64,000 nt of DNA, taken from positions 49,166,001-49,230,000 of the forward strand of contig OZ024748.1 of NCBI GenBank assembly GCA_964016885.1, in the 5' to 3' direction. The number at the start of each line of letters is the position of its first letter. Position 1 is the first letter of the stretch. This document shows positions 50,790-63,095 of this stretch, one piece after another. This stretch comes from Eledone cirrhosa (Eukaryota). The notes under the pieces are model-generated. The model searched no databases and had not been told where the DNA came from. It saw nothing but the letters and a program-made list of their open reading frames with translations. Made by a program: the position numbers and the translations under genes.

Positions 50790-51843
50790 CCAATGGAACC
50801 ATAGTCCCTACTCCATACACTCTCATAGCATAATACCACAGTAGATAGCCAACTTCATCTCTCCACAACACCTTCACTGTAGAAGTATCTTGAACAAAAA
50901 CAAAATAACCCAGAAAGAATATCTCTTAATGTACTCAACCTACCTGCTAGAAATAGCAGCCAAATTTGCCTTCAGCTGCATCAAAGACATAGCAACCTCC
51001 CTAGTGCTGGTGTCATGATAAAATGCACCCAGTGCTCTCTTCTGAGTGTGTATGTTAGACAGGCCAAAAGTCTGCATTTTGCTAAGTACTAGTTTGGTTG
51101 GTGATGACCATTGCTAGCAAGGAAAATGGTTATTAAATGATGATGACTGCCAAACCTCAGTTTGATCGATGCTACAACTGTATACCCAGATATGGCAATA
51201 TTAACATAACAAATAGAGATTTTCTCCCACTCCTAAGAAACCCAAAGATGTGAATCATCAAATTAATGATGCTGCTTAATATTTTCAAATCAAAAAAAAT
51301 AATCAAGAGCTTGGATGGATTTTATAATACAGGGTGTTCCAAACATCAGCAATAAACATCATATGATAAAGACATTTAAATACATAGCTAACTTTCTTAT
51401 TACCCAGCTGGTATTTGGAACATAGCTTAACAAAGGCACTTACATAAAATTATGGTGGGATAAATATATAGATGTTAAAATAAACAATATATATATTGTA
51501 GAACTAGGAGCACTTGGTAAAAAATAGTTAACATTCGACCAAAGTTGCCAAATTCCTTTTAAAAGAGGATTATAAAATAGTTACATAATTTCTATAGAAA
51601 CAGGAAACATCCATGGAGCAGTAAAAACAAGAAACTTATTTTTAAAGATGTGAACTATGTCGGAAGTAATCTTCAATTACATTCTGTATAAAGACAGGAT
51701 ACTTACAGCAAGATCATTGAGCTACAATCAAATGGGGCCTCTAAATGGTTACTTGACCAGGTAAAAATAGCAGGCAGTTAATTACTTCCTCAAATAATGC
51801 TATCTTATTTTTTGTAAATCCCACCAAATTCTTCAATAATTAA

Positions 51844-52037
51844 CCCTTTAGCATTTAAACCAGTATACAGCCAGAATTCTCTCACCTGATTCTGTTAAAA
51901 CTGGTCGCTCATACTTATGTTAAGGTATTGTTTCAAAACAAATAATATCAAAATCTCATAGATTTGATATTATGTGAGATAAAGCCTTTACCATGAAAAT
52001 ACAATAGTAAGTATAGAGTAATGTAAATGCTAAAGGG
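51844..52037. mobile_element. piggyBac-type MITE
   Basis: TTAA-CCCTTTAGCATTTA...TAAATGCTAAAGGG-TTAA. Confidence 0.88.
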
Positions 52038-53928
52038 TTAAATGAAATATATAGCGAAGGAAATGTTTTCTCACAGTTTTCTTCTCTCTTACAGATAGAG
52101 CCATAAGTAAGTGACCTACAACCTCGCAGAGAAGACACTAGATAAATTCTCCTGATGATAGCACCAGTCCTTAGGAGGAGAACATATTCTAGGGCCATGT
52201 GGTCCGAACACCCAGTCATTTGCCTCTCCTCAACAACACAGTTCACTCCCAATTCGCTTATACAACACAAACTCACTATATAAGAGTTTACTATCTCTGC
52301 TGGTACATACTGTCTGACTACATGTCATGGGTGCTTTTTATTGTGACACCAAAATTACCAACTGACAGGTTGGACTGGCTACTCTTTGTTGTGGCACCAC
52401 AACCACTTTACATTGTGGACTGGGTACTTTTTGTTGTGGCACCACAATAACCACTTTACTGTGTCGATTGGGTGCTTTTTGTTGTGGCACCACAATGACC
52501 ACTTTAAAATGGTCTAATATATTGAATTAGAAACTGCATAGTGAACATAAAATTCTCATGGATTGCAAAACTAAGGTGCCCGAGTTTTAAACAGCAAACT
52601 GATTTCTGTTTAAACCCAAGGCTTTGCCTGAGACATTTGTATAAAAAAAACAGACCTCTGAAAGTGTTTCTAACAGGTTCAAGTTACATTCCTCGCTCAT
52701 ATTAAAATGTCATCTAGTAATTTTTTTAACAGTTTAACTTGAGCTATTATACTTTTAAAACAAATTATATTGTATTAGTTGTAATCAAATGAAAAAAGAA
52801 GTCCTGATATTAATAGATCATAAAACTTCTGAGGTCAGGTCAGGCTTCTGCCTGCTACTAGTACCATGTAACCCAATACAACCTGCTTCATGGTCAAGTG
52901 GTCAGCGCTCTGCCAGACCCTGGTCTGGTGAGGAGGGTAAGTGGTACTCCAGCAGCACAAAAAAACAACTGTTAAAAGGGCAGATGAACTCCAGAGTCAA
53001 CGGGCATCAACCCCAAATATGGGCTAAATAACCTCACCAACCTGCAATTGGTCAAGCAAGATGAGTACGGCTACACCCGACATGACTAAAATCAAACAAA
53101 GTGGTAGAGGTCAACCAAGGAGGGGTTCCTTCAATAGGAGTGAGAAAGCCCTGGATTGAATTGGAAAACTTCTATATGAGTTAATCAAATATGTCATTAG
53201 GAAGGCTTTAAGTGTTATAAAAAGAAGTAAAAAAGAAAAAAAAGTGATAAATTCTTTGCAATACAAAACTTCCATTTGATTTAATGTCTACTTTGGCTTG
53301 GGAAGAAACTAAACTAGAAAACTAAGGAACAAATCCAGTTAGTTTTGCTCAAAGGTCACCACACACAAATGTGACTTCCTTTTTTGGGGTAACCACAACA
53401 ACCGCATTAACCAATTATATCATTTGGAAAGACAAAGGTATTTGCTGAACTTCTGTAGAAAATTTGTTATAGGTTATATTTTGTGTAGCTTAGCAGTTAG
53501 GTTGTTCAATTCATGAGTTTGATTCCAACCCACATCATGTCCTTGAGTAAGACACTTTATTTCACGTTACACCAGTGATCACCCCGTCTACTGTATTAAA
53601 GATATTGAAAGTTCTAGTAACAGAACAAAATAATTTGTTGCTGAGGCTGCCTATCATTTCTCTCCACTCCAGGATGAGACAAAGCTAGTTTCCGCTGGTA
53701 ACAACTTGGATGTTTGTGATAACATTAATGGCATTCCTTTGAAACAACGTTGCGTAGTGTTGTGTATTCATCTCTGTATGTGTGATTAGGCTGTTTGGTT
53801 TATAATTGTAAGGTCACAAGTTTGATTCCTGGCTACACCAGATAGCACATTATGTTCTTAAGTAAGACTCTTTATTCCACGTTGCCCCAGTGTTCTGAGG
53901 ACATATCATCCATGTCTACTGTATTAAT

Positions 53929-54379
53929 CTCTTCTTCACCCACTTATTCCTGAAAGGGTCGTAGAGAAGAGTTCTCAAACACTCCTTCCAGCAGGTCCTG
54001 TCAGAAGCAACCATCTCCAGCTGAATCCCCAAGTGGGACCAGCCAAGCTCATGGATGCTATCCAACCATCTTGCTCGGAGTCTCCTACCAGTTGATTTTG
54101 CTCACAAAATCTGTCCAGTGATTCTTTCCTGAGACATTCTAACCACATGCCCATAGTATCGGAGCTGTGATCTCTCAATTCAGAGAAGTATTCTCTGAGC
54201 TACACGCACTATCAAGTAACATTACTCCAAAGACTCTTCGGAGGAATCCTATTTCGGCCACTAGTATTTTTTCTGTCATTACCCAAGCTTCATAACTAAA
54301 GGTAAGGGTGGCATGAATACCAAATTGAACTTCTCTACCTGCTTCAGTGGAACTCCATTCACACGTAGAGTGCACTGCA
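53929..54379 (-). mobile_element. Expander/Rex3-like RTE 3' fragment with 12-bp TSD
   Basis: TACTGTATTAAT at 53917-53928 and 54380-54391; WVMTEK..AEIGFLRRVFGV. Confidence 0.85.
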
Positions 54380-54570
54380 TACTGTATTAATAACATTTTT
54401 AGTAACAGAACAAAATAATCTGTTGCTGAGGCTGTCTCTTGTTTATCTCCACCCCAGGATGAGACAGAGCTGACTTATGTTAGTAACATCTTGGAGATCC
54501 TGCCCGACTCCAATCACTTTAGCTGTTTCTTATTACAGACAGGGGTACACCTATTCTAAACTAGATACAC

Positions 54571-55215
54571 CCGTGGTTCTCAACTGGAGTCTAGAATTTT
54601 AGAGGTCCTTGAGAAAATGTAGTTTTCAAAGACCAAGTCTGCCTCTTGCTGTTCCACACCAAAATGAGATGGAGCCATCTTCTGTTGTATATAAAGTGGT
54701 CAATGGAACCAGTATAAACCAGTTGATGAAATCTTGTCATGCATACTTGTTTATCTGCTCTACCGCTCTAATGAGTAGGACATCAAGTGTATGCAATCTC
54801 ATATACCCTCAACCCCGTAATTATACATATATATATACATACATACATGTGTATGTGTGTCATATATACATTTTCTCAAATACTCCATTTGGCCCTTTCA
54901 TTCCCTTGATAACATTATTTGTCCACTCTCACATCCCACCTCTACTGCAACTAGCCACTCCTTTAGAAGTCCTTGAGAAAATATTGCTTTCAAAGGGAAA
55001 GAAAACAAAACAGTTAACCAAAGCAGTTGGTAAAAAAATAATACTGGAGAAAAAGACAACCAGAATCAGTGGTGATGTGTAAATAAATCTATATAGGTAG
55101 ACACACACACAAGAATATTGTCTCCCGTTTATTTTACCTAGCATTGGGAGTCAACCAGAGTAAAATAGGAAGAATCAAAGGGGTCTATAGGTAAAAAGAA
55201 GGTTGAGAACCACTG
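54571..55215. mobile_element. hAT-like non-autonomous element
   Basis: TIR-like CCGTGGTTCTCAAC / GTTGAGAACCACTG; no clear TSD. Confidence 0.55.
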
Positions 55216-56429
55216 GGATATAGACAATTCAAGTAGCACATAAGGTATGCCCCATGTAAAAATAGAATACATCTCACTGAACTGAGGATTGGGTAGGATT
55301 AGGATTTAACCCTTTTGAGACTACCCCTTCTGATACAAAAATGTTTAGAATAATTTGAGAACTATATCTTATCAGTGTGAAGTCATGCTCCAAGCTCCAG
55401 CTTGCTAAGAACATTATTGTAGTAAATCCTAAATTATTGAATACTAGTTGTAGCTCAGTTTTCAAGACAGACAAACACGTTTTCTTTTTAAAAATCTTCT
55501 TAGTTATTATGGTGACAACACTATCTTTCACATTGTATTTCTCTCTCAACAACTTGTCATAGTGAAAGTCTGACTTGTGTTGTGTATATGTCGAAGGACA
55601 TACAGAAACACAACTGTAGATTAAATTTACCACAAAAACCCACTTGTAAGCAATAGTTACATTACAGCCAACCCCACCTTGCAGTGTCATGTTGCTAACA
55701 AGGGAAAGAAAGATTGTCCTAGTGATGGTACTGTTAAATATTGAGTTTTGTCAAGTAACAATTGCTATCCCTTCTGAAAAAACAAATTCTGTGGATGAAT
55801 GTAGCTTTAACTCCTGATATTTAAGAGGTCAAACTGCAGTTTTGTTTTTCTTTTTTGCTCACTCTAATCAAAGCAATAAAACTACTAAAATGCAGTTTCT
55901 GAGAAAGGTGAAAGACAAAACAGAACATAATTCAAAGAGAAAGATGTTTTTGAATGTTTGCAAATTTTAGTGGTGAGGATAGCAAGAAGTGAAAGGGAAG
56001 AAACTATCAGAATAGAATTTGTGATTGTATTTAGGAATTTCAACTGTAAATGGAGGAGACCTAGCTGCCAATCTGGTGGTCTGTTTAAACTTGTGAATAA
56101 GAGACAATAAAGTGTAAAACTCAGACAATTCCCATGAATATATTTATAAAAAAGGGCAGAGAGAGGCAACATTTAGAACTTTTCACAAACAAGCAGGCAA
56201 CAAAACCCTGCAATATTATTGCTGTTATCTAAAGCACAGAATAGTATTGACAGTATCATCTATACATATAAGATGTAGTTTAATACATCCTATACGATAG
56301 TCATTTAAAAATAATACAAATGGTACCATGACTATCGCATTAAAAATTAACCTTATTACAAGATGTTAAGAGTTAAACATTCTTCATTTAACAATACCTA
56401 AATGTATTCTTAACCTTGAAAATGTGCAT

Positions 56430-56882
56430 TAATGCACCAGCTTCACCATTCGGTAATCAAAAGGGAAGTAGGTGTAAAAGCCAAATTCACCATCTTCAAT
56501 TCGGTATTTGTGCCAATCCTTGCCTACGGTCATGAATTTTGGGTAATGATCAAAAGAATATGATTGCAAATACAAGTGGCTGAAATGGGGTTCTTCCGAA
56601 AGGTCTTTAGGGTAACATTACTCGATAGAGTGCATAGCTCAAAGATGAGTCACTACTTCTTTGAATTGAGAGATCACAGCTCTGATACTATGGGCAGGTG
56701 GTGAGAATGTCTTAGGAAAGAATCACTGGACAGATTTTACGGGCAAGAGACCTAGAATAAGATGGTTGTATAACATCCATGACATTGGCTGGTCTTGCAG
56801 GGTAATCCAGCTGGAGACGGTTGCTTGTGACTGGACCTGTTGGAAGGTGTGTTTGAAGACTGCCCCCACAACTCTCAGGAAT
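56430..56882 (+). mobile_element. Expander/Rex3-like RTE 3' fragment
   Basis: Colinear with 1660-2155. Confidence 0.8.
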
Positions 56883-57802
56883 ATATTTGTATATGACAAC
56901 AAAAGCACCCAGTCCATTCTAGTGAAACAAAAAGCATCCAGTCCACTCTAAGGTGGTCATGCTGGTGACATGACAATAAGCACCCAGTCCACACTGTAAC
57001 ATGGTGCTTGGAAGGGCAACCAGCCGTAAAAATCAAGCCAAAATACAGATCTGTATGATCATGACGGTCTCCAGACAGGACTTGTCTCATTATACTTGTC
57101 TAACCCATGCAAACATGGAAGAATAAATGTTAAATGAGGATTCAATGTTGCATGTTCCCTATGGGGACAATATTTCTACTTGTAGACAGATATTTGTTAG
57201 AAATGTTGCTCATGCTTAGAACCCTTATATCAACCCCACCCCCCGGATTTATGACAAAACCACTCCTTTTAAAATATTTATATTTATATGAAATCCTTTC
57301 ATAAGTCTATTTTAAGAAATTGTTTGTTTGTCAAGTGTCTCAATATCAGCTTATAAATGAAAGTTTATTAAATTCTCCCCAGAAGTTTCTCAACCAGGCA
57401 TCATCTAGAAGTAACAAACTTGTACCAAAGTAATATTCTTAGAAAATTATGTTATGGCTGTATTTACTCATGACAAAACTAGATGGTTTCACAACCACGA
57501 GTATTTTGCCTCATTTGGTTGATGAAAACATCTTTCTGTGCTCCTCATCCATGTCAGCACATATGCTCTGTTCCTCTCTGAACCACAGTCAAATCATTTT
57601 TGTGTTTATCTCATTTTGAAGCCATCTCACTTCAGTCACAAGGTCTCAGAAGCTATTTCGGTTAATGCAGAATGTTAAAATAGTTTGGGTTTTTATCAAA
57701 ACCAGAACACCTTTCACCATATCAAGCCTGTTTCATCATGACTAACCAAGGACTAAACAACAAGTACTACATATCTTTTAACAGTCAAACTTGGAGGCTT
57801 AC

Positions 57803-57952
57803 CCCTTTAGCATTTAAACTGGCTGCTCATACTTATGTTAAGTTATTGTTCTCAAAATAAATATCAAAATCCCAGATTCGATATAATGTTATAATAAAGT
57901 GTTTACCGTGGAAATACATTAGTAAATACAGAGTAATGTAAATGCTAAAGGA
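57803..57952. mobile_element. piggyBac-type MITE, internally deleted copy
   Basis: Same TIRs as 51844-52037. Confidence 0.75.
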
Positions 57953-58412
57953 TTAAGGTCTGCAGCATTTATGATCAGCTCGGGCAGTTATGGTCGATAG
58001 CTAAGTCATACAATGTGTGTAGCCACAAATGTCATACCAAAAAGAAATGAATTCTATTTAGTCTAAAAACAATTACACATACACAAGGTGCTAGACTAAG
58101 AAAGAACAAGCGGCACTGAAGACCATGTTTATAGAAATATGTTACATAATTGACAAAGGAGTCCCAAATATATAAAAAGCAAGCTTTGAAGTATATTAAG
58201 AATGTCAAGCTGTATGACAATAAATATAGAGAAGTTAGAGCAGCTAGTTGAGTGTTCTGTACTGCTATTGTTAACTAAGAGTATAACTGGATAAAATAAA
58301 TGTTCAATGAAATACATATTCAGTGTATTTCATTAGAAATAGTTACACAAGGTTAAACAAGAACAGAGCAAGTAGTTAGTATTGTGTGTGTGTGTGTGTG
58401 TGTGTGTATTTA

Positions 58413-58683
58413 CAGTTGACCCCCAGAATTCGCGGGGGGGGGGGGGTTACGCTCCTAGAGCACTCATGAATATTGGATGTGGTCCATAAAATTGCTAATA
58501 AACACCAAAACATAACCTAAAATATAGGCCGACAAATACGGCATCATAATAATTTAGTGTTAAAAATGTTGCTACTAAAAAAGCCATAAAAATCGCAGAT
58601 GTTTATAATTCTGCGAATATGCAGTGGTGTCCAATTATTAGTTGTGTTCTAAGGAAAATTGAGCGAAATCTGGGGATACACTG
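58413..58683. mobile_element. Tc1/pogo(Tigger)-like MITE
   Basis: TA-CAGTTGACCCCCAGAATTCGC...GCGAAATCTGGGGATACACTG. Confidence 0.7.
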
Positions 58684-58767
58684 TGTATATATACACACAC
58701 ACACAAATCAAAATATATCAAACTAAAAAACAGAAATGAAGATAAAACTTAGATGGAAGTTAAACAT

Positions 58768-58773
58768 TTTATT
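58768..58773 (-). terminator. Probable polyadenylation signal (AATAAA) of ATP synthase c
   Basis: About 250 nt downstream of the stop, followed by T-rich sequence on the minus strand. Confidence 0.6.
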
Positions 58774-59019
58774 ATTTCAAAAATGTTAACCATTTCTACT
58801 AAATTAGAATGACTGCTCTTCACTAACTGTCAACGTGATTTTATGTAGTGAAAAAATGCCGCCAAGATGAAGGTTGCGTCATCACTCAATCTTTTCACTG
58901 AATTACACCACTCCAAGGCACTAGTGCCAAAGAGGCTCATATAGGTAAGTTGGATTTGTTTTGTTTTTTTTCTTCTTACAAACTGCAATCATGATCTGAA
59001 TTAAAGATTTAACTGAAGG

Positions 59020-59183
59020 TTAAAATGCAAAAAGAATAAGGAAAGCCATCATCAAACAGAAGAGACCCATGGCTTCTGACAGAGCAAATCCCAAAATGGC
59101 ATATGAAAACAGCTGTTGTTTCAGTGATGGATTTCTGGCATAACCAATTACTAAATTTCCAAATACACTTCCAATACCAGCAC
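59020..59183 (-). CDS. ATP5MC: ATP synthase F0 subunit c, last exon ([53 protein letters not shown])
   Basis: ARNP loop and proton-binding Glu (LSEAMG); TGTAG acceptor; TAA at 59022-59020. Confidence 0.98.
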
Positions 59184-59633
59184 CTACAATGAGAAAAGGT
59201 ATTTTTTTTAAAAAAAGTTAATCTAAAAATATGAAAAATGATTTTTATCCTGAAAAGCCCTCACCATTCAACTCTAGAAGGCACACAGGAAAAATTATTA
59301 ACACCCACATTGATAAGGTTTCCAATTCAAACCTCAATAACAAACTATTCCTGCTAGCTAATTAATATGATTCAGGGAAGATGTGTTTCTTAGAAGAAAC
59401 TTAAAGGCCACGTGTTCATGACCAGAGCAAACGACCTATACAAAGGATATCGGCCATGAAAAAACCTAGAGAAGGGTGGACTCCACTGAGCTGTATCTGC
59501 CCAAGATACACTGAATAAACAGCACCCACACAAACCTGTAGAGTCAAAGAATTAAAATAAGCTTGAGAAGAGCTAGAAAGGGTACAATGTGTTTTGTGCA
59601 TGTGTGAGACTAGAAAGGTTATGATTGACTCAC

Positions 59634-59730
59634 CTGAACCTGCAGCACCAACTGTAGCAGCACCAGCACCAATGTATTTTGCTGCCTGATCAATATCGTT
59701 TTGTACAGAGCTGGTCTGGAAAAATCGTAC
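59634..59730 (-). CDS. ATP5MC: ATP synthase subunit c exon ([11 protein letters not shown]|[22 protein letters not shown])
   Basis: RxFQTS presequence cleavage motif, mature N-terminus DID, GxGxG motif; AG/GTGAGT. Confidence 0.98.
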
Positions 59731-59845
59731 CTGTTGCAATAGAAAGTTACAAGACAATGTGACAAAACTCAAGAGGTTAAAAGAACATTAAAAATATGAC
59801 TAATGGACTAAATTAAGAAGGACATGTGAAAAGAATATGACAAAC

Positions 59846-59935
59846 CTGGTTCTGGATTAGGGAAAGCATTTGTGATTGTGAAATAGAAAAGCTATTGCAG
59901 CTAGCCAAGGGCACAAGAGATTGAGATTGTGAACT
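59846..59935 (-). CDS. ATP5MC: ATP synthase subunit c presequence exon (SSQSQSLVPLASCNSFSISQSQMLSLIQNQ)
   Basis: TTTCAG/GTTTGT, 90 nt, phase 0/0, open, Ser-rich with no acidic residues. Confidence 0.82.
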
Positions 59936-60353
59936 CTGAAACAACAAAAAACAAATTATTAGTCAACTAATGATTTAAATTAGTATAAAATATAATAAAA
60001 CCTTCATGTTATAAACAGCTTTATATTTATAAAACATGTTAATACAGCTAATGAATAATAATGTGTTATATTAAAATACATAACGCGTATGATCCAAATA
60101 TAAAGTTGTATTGACATTTATCATATGAAGGAGTTAGATTCCAACTCCCACTTTACCGATTCTGAACTTCCTTTGACCTTAAGTAAGCAAACATCGTGAA
60201 ATCTACTGATAACCTTGACAAAGGGTGCCCAAGACCACATCTATTAAGACATCAATATTACTGAATATCCTTGGATATTTCGTGTGACATCGAGTAAGCA
60301 AAATAGATAATCTTCTAAGTTATTTATATAAAAAATGTTTTAACGAAGCTTAC

Positions 60354-60413
60354 CTCTTGCATTGGTATCACAGTGCAACCTAATGGTCTCAGAGCTGACC
60401 TGCTGCCGGTGAG
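60354..60413 (-). CDS. ATP5MC: ATP synthase subunit c presequence exon (LTGSRSALRPLGCTVIPMQE)
   Basis: Pyrimidine tract plus CTAG, GTAAGC donor, 60 nt; RPL motif. Confidence 0.88.
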
Positions 60414-62389
60414 CTAGAAAGTAGGAAAGAACGAAACAAAATGTTAATTAAAACCACAACAAATGTTAGTGTCAGCAATAACCGACGTCACCTTGAAGAC
60501 AAAAGTGAACATATCGCCCGACCCGTTAGAAATATCCAAAACCACCCTCTTCAAAATTCATTGGTCCTTTACTGATTGTGATTACGTTATGTAATGTATG
60601 AATATTAACTATAACTATCGGATTGTAATGCATCAATATTAATTATAACTGATTCATTTTAAGTGATGACATTAACGCAATGCGGTGTATTAGTAGCATC
60701 AATACCGAGTGAACAAGTGTGAACAAGTGTGACCAACAAAATCACGAGAATTAGCTCTGTCGAGGTAAAATCAAAGATTATGAGATAACAAATAACCTCA
60801 AGAGACGGTATAACGAATAGTTTACTTTCTAGGCCATTTCAATGACACGAGTAAAATTACAAAGACAAATTATTTGAGGTGAAATAAGGGAGAAAAAGGG
60901 CATTTTCAGATGTGACCTTAGGTGACCTTCGTAAACAATGTCTCGACAAGTAGGAGGATGTAACAAAAATCATGCAAAAACTGAATTTCTTCGCTGGCTT
61001 AGGTAACATTTGATTTTTTTCATTATTAGACAAATACAAACGAAAAACGCATCAAAAAGGATTACAAAATCAACTAAATTAAAAATTAGGTTTTAGGTTA
61101 ATCTTAGTCGAAAACATGAAATGTATATCAACCTACGTCTTTTTCAGTGGTACTTAGATTTACATCATGGAAATGAATCTACCATATTAAACAGACGAAA
61201 TTTAAACTCATTTCTACAATCAGGTTCAGAGGTATGAATGAATACATTATCTAATGTGTTCTTTCCATAGATTGCGATTGGACTGCTATTTCTAATAAAT
61301 GAAGCGACTACATAGAGGTAATTTAAGGGGAGGTTACTCTGAGATGGGGGCCGAGGTCACCTCACCGGAAAAATCACAAAATGGAGATTGATTTATGAAG
61401 ACAAACGATCTTATATCAATTCACACACACAAAGATATATATATTATAAGACTGAATTGACAGCATACAACTTTCCTCGCTGCTAAAAACAAGTTAGCAG
61501 TATATGTCCCATTCATTAATTGAATGTGGGGCTGTACCTCTTACATACGTACTAAGTTATATTTTATAAGGAAAGGAAATGTATGTTGTGATGTTCATGA
61601 TTTTCTCAAGGGCGTTAGCTATGCAAAATAAATGAAAAGTTAGAAGAAACGAGACCGGTTCGTAAACTAGCTTAATGAAGAAGGTCGAATACTGCCCACT
61701 ACATAAATGTAACATAAGCGTCACCTGAGATGTCCAAAGTAACACATGCCCCTCCCAAGGGCATAAGTGATTTTGAAGCAAAAACTGTAGATATCCGATT
61801 AAGAATCGAAACTGGGCCGTGAAATTAGTAATCTAACAAAATGTGTTTGTGGAAAATAGCTTTCATAGAAATAGACATTTGTAAATTATGTGCAACCCAA
61901 ACTGTTTAATATGCGAATTAAACAATCGATCGAACATAGATTAAAAAAAAAGGACATTTCTGTTTAACTACTTATCCATTTTTTTGTGTGTAAAATCATA
62001 TTTCAACGTAATTCTATTATTACAACTAATCAAGTGTTCGATAAACACACGCGACAGACATAATGGAAGTAGAACGTGGAATCGGGGTGTGTGGTGTGAA
62101 TTAAAACAATATAAAGATGAGTGTCAGAAATATATCATTGGCATAAGAGGTAGACAAAAAATGATAGCAATATAATTAATTGTTCAGGGTCGAGAAATAT
62201 TAAAGTAGCGAAATTTACCCTTGAAATAGAGTATAATGCAACAAAATAAAATGGAGGGGAAATATATACAGGACCAATAAGAATATAAATTTGACCTTCA
62301 AACAACCGAAATTCAATTGACATGCATTAAAAATTAAGGAAAATGATAATGACTTATTGAAGTCAAAATTATAAAAATTTGTTACGAAC

Positions 62390-62434
62390 CATGCAGCGAG
62401 TAGCCGAGGGGATGTATCTGGTGCAGGCGTACAT
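62390..62434 (-). CDS. ATP5MC: ATP synthase subunit c first coding exon (MYACTRYIPSATRCM); exon spans 62390-62466
   Basis: MYAC start typical of subunit c presequences; strong acceptor at 62468-62467; donor GTTCGT. Confidence 0.88.
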
Positions 62435-62652
62435 ATTTCTCAGTCAGAACTTTACCCAAGGTAAACCTGACAGGAAAAAAAGAAAGAAAAAAATGCCGGC
62501 TGAAGGTTAGTTGGAGGATACAGAACGAGGAAAAAATCCGAATTCACTGTAATAAAAGACAGCAACTGTTAATTTTTTTCTGAAACAATTGAATGTTGAA
62601 TGTTATAGTATTTCTAAAATTCAATTAATAAATAATGATGGCAAAAATTTAC

Positions 62653-62735
62653 CAGTTAGTAAGATGGATTGATCAGAGTAACTTCGCCACAGAAACAAAC
62701 TCGACAGACTGAGTGATCAGATCAAGAGGGAGAGA
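62653..62735 (-). other. ATP5MC: Probable non-coding first exon of ATP synthase c
   Basis: Donor CTG|GTAAAT at 62652; begins near the pyrimidine tract TCTCTCCCTCTT. Confidence 0.55.
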
Positions 62736-62995
62736 TAATCTCACGCATGCGCAACACAGAAATTTGTTTTAATTCGTTTAGAGATTAAGTTATAAAAATA
62801 ATTTTTATAATGAACATTTCTTATTGACATTGAACGAATTATGAAGGAGAATGAATATATAATATACATATGTTTTATTTAAAAAAAATATTGTCATTTT
62901 CAGTTTCATAACGGAAACACACGAGTGAGCTCCGTCAACCACATGCGTAGCGGCCTGTGTGCATATGTCTACCTTGAGTCTGTTAAAGTTGGCAA
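62736..62995. promoter_or_regulatory. Bidirectional promoter ATP5MC/JAZF1 with NRF-1/EWG site at 62744-62753
   Basis: CGCATGCGCA matches the NRF-1 consensus; divergent gene starts lie about 260 bp apart. Confidence 0.65.
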
Positions 62996-63095
62996 ATGGC
63001 GGTGTTTCTCATTAATAACTGTCAATTTCAAGGATGTGGATTGCGATTTACGACATTAACAGAACTCATACAGCATATAGAAGACACTCATTTAG
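62996..63095 (+). CDS. JAZF1: JAZF1 first exon with C2H2 finger (MAVFLINNCQFQGCGLRFTTLTELIQHIEDTHL); no further exon recognised in the window
   Basis: Resembles the JAZF1 N-terminus 'NTCRFGGCGLHFPTLADLIEHIEDNHI'; donor G|GTAGGT at 63096. Confidence 0.9.

Noticed and set aside
52050-52290. Splice-like signals and a 106-aa ORF suggesting another gene
   Set aside because: No consistent exon chain or recognisable protein.
60663-60710. C/D snoRNA in an ATP5MC intron
   Set aside because: The C-box-like GTGATGA is antisense to the host gene and lacks a proper D box and terminal stem.
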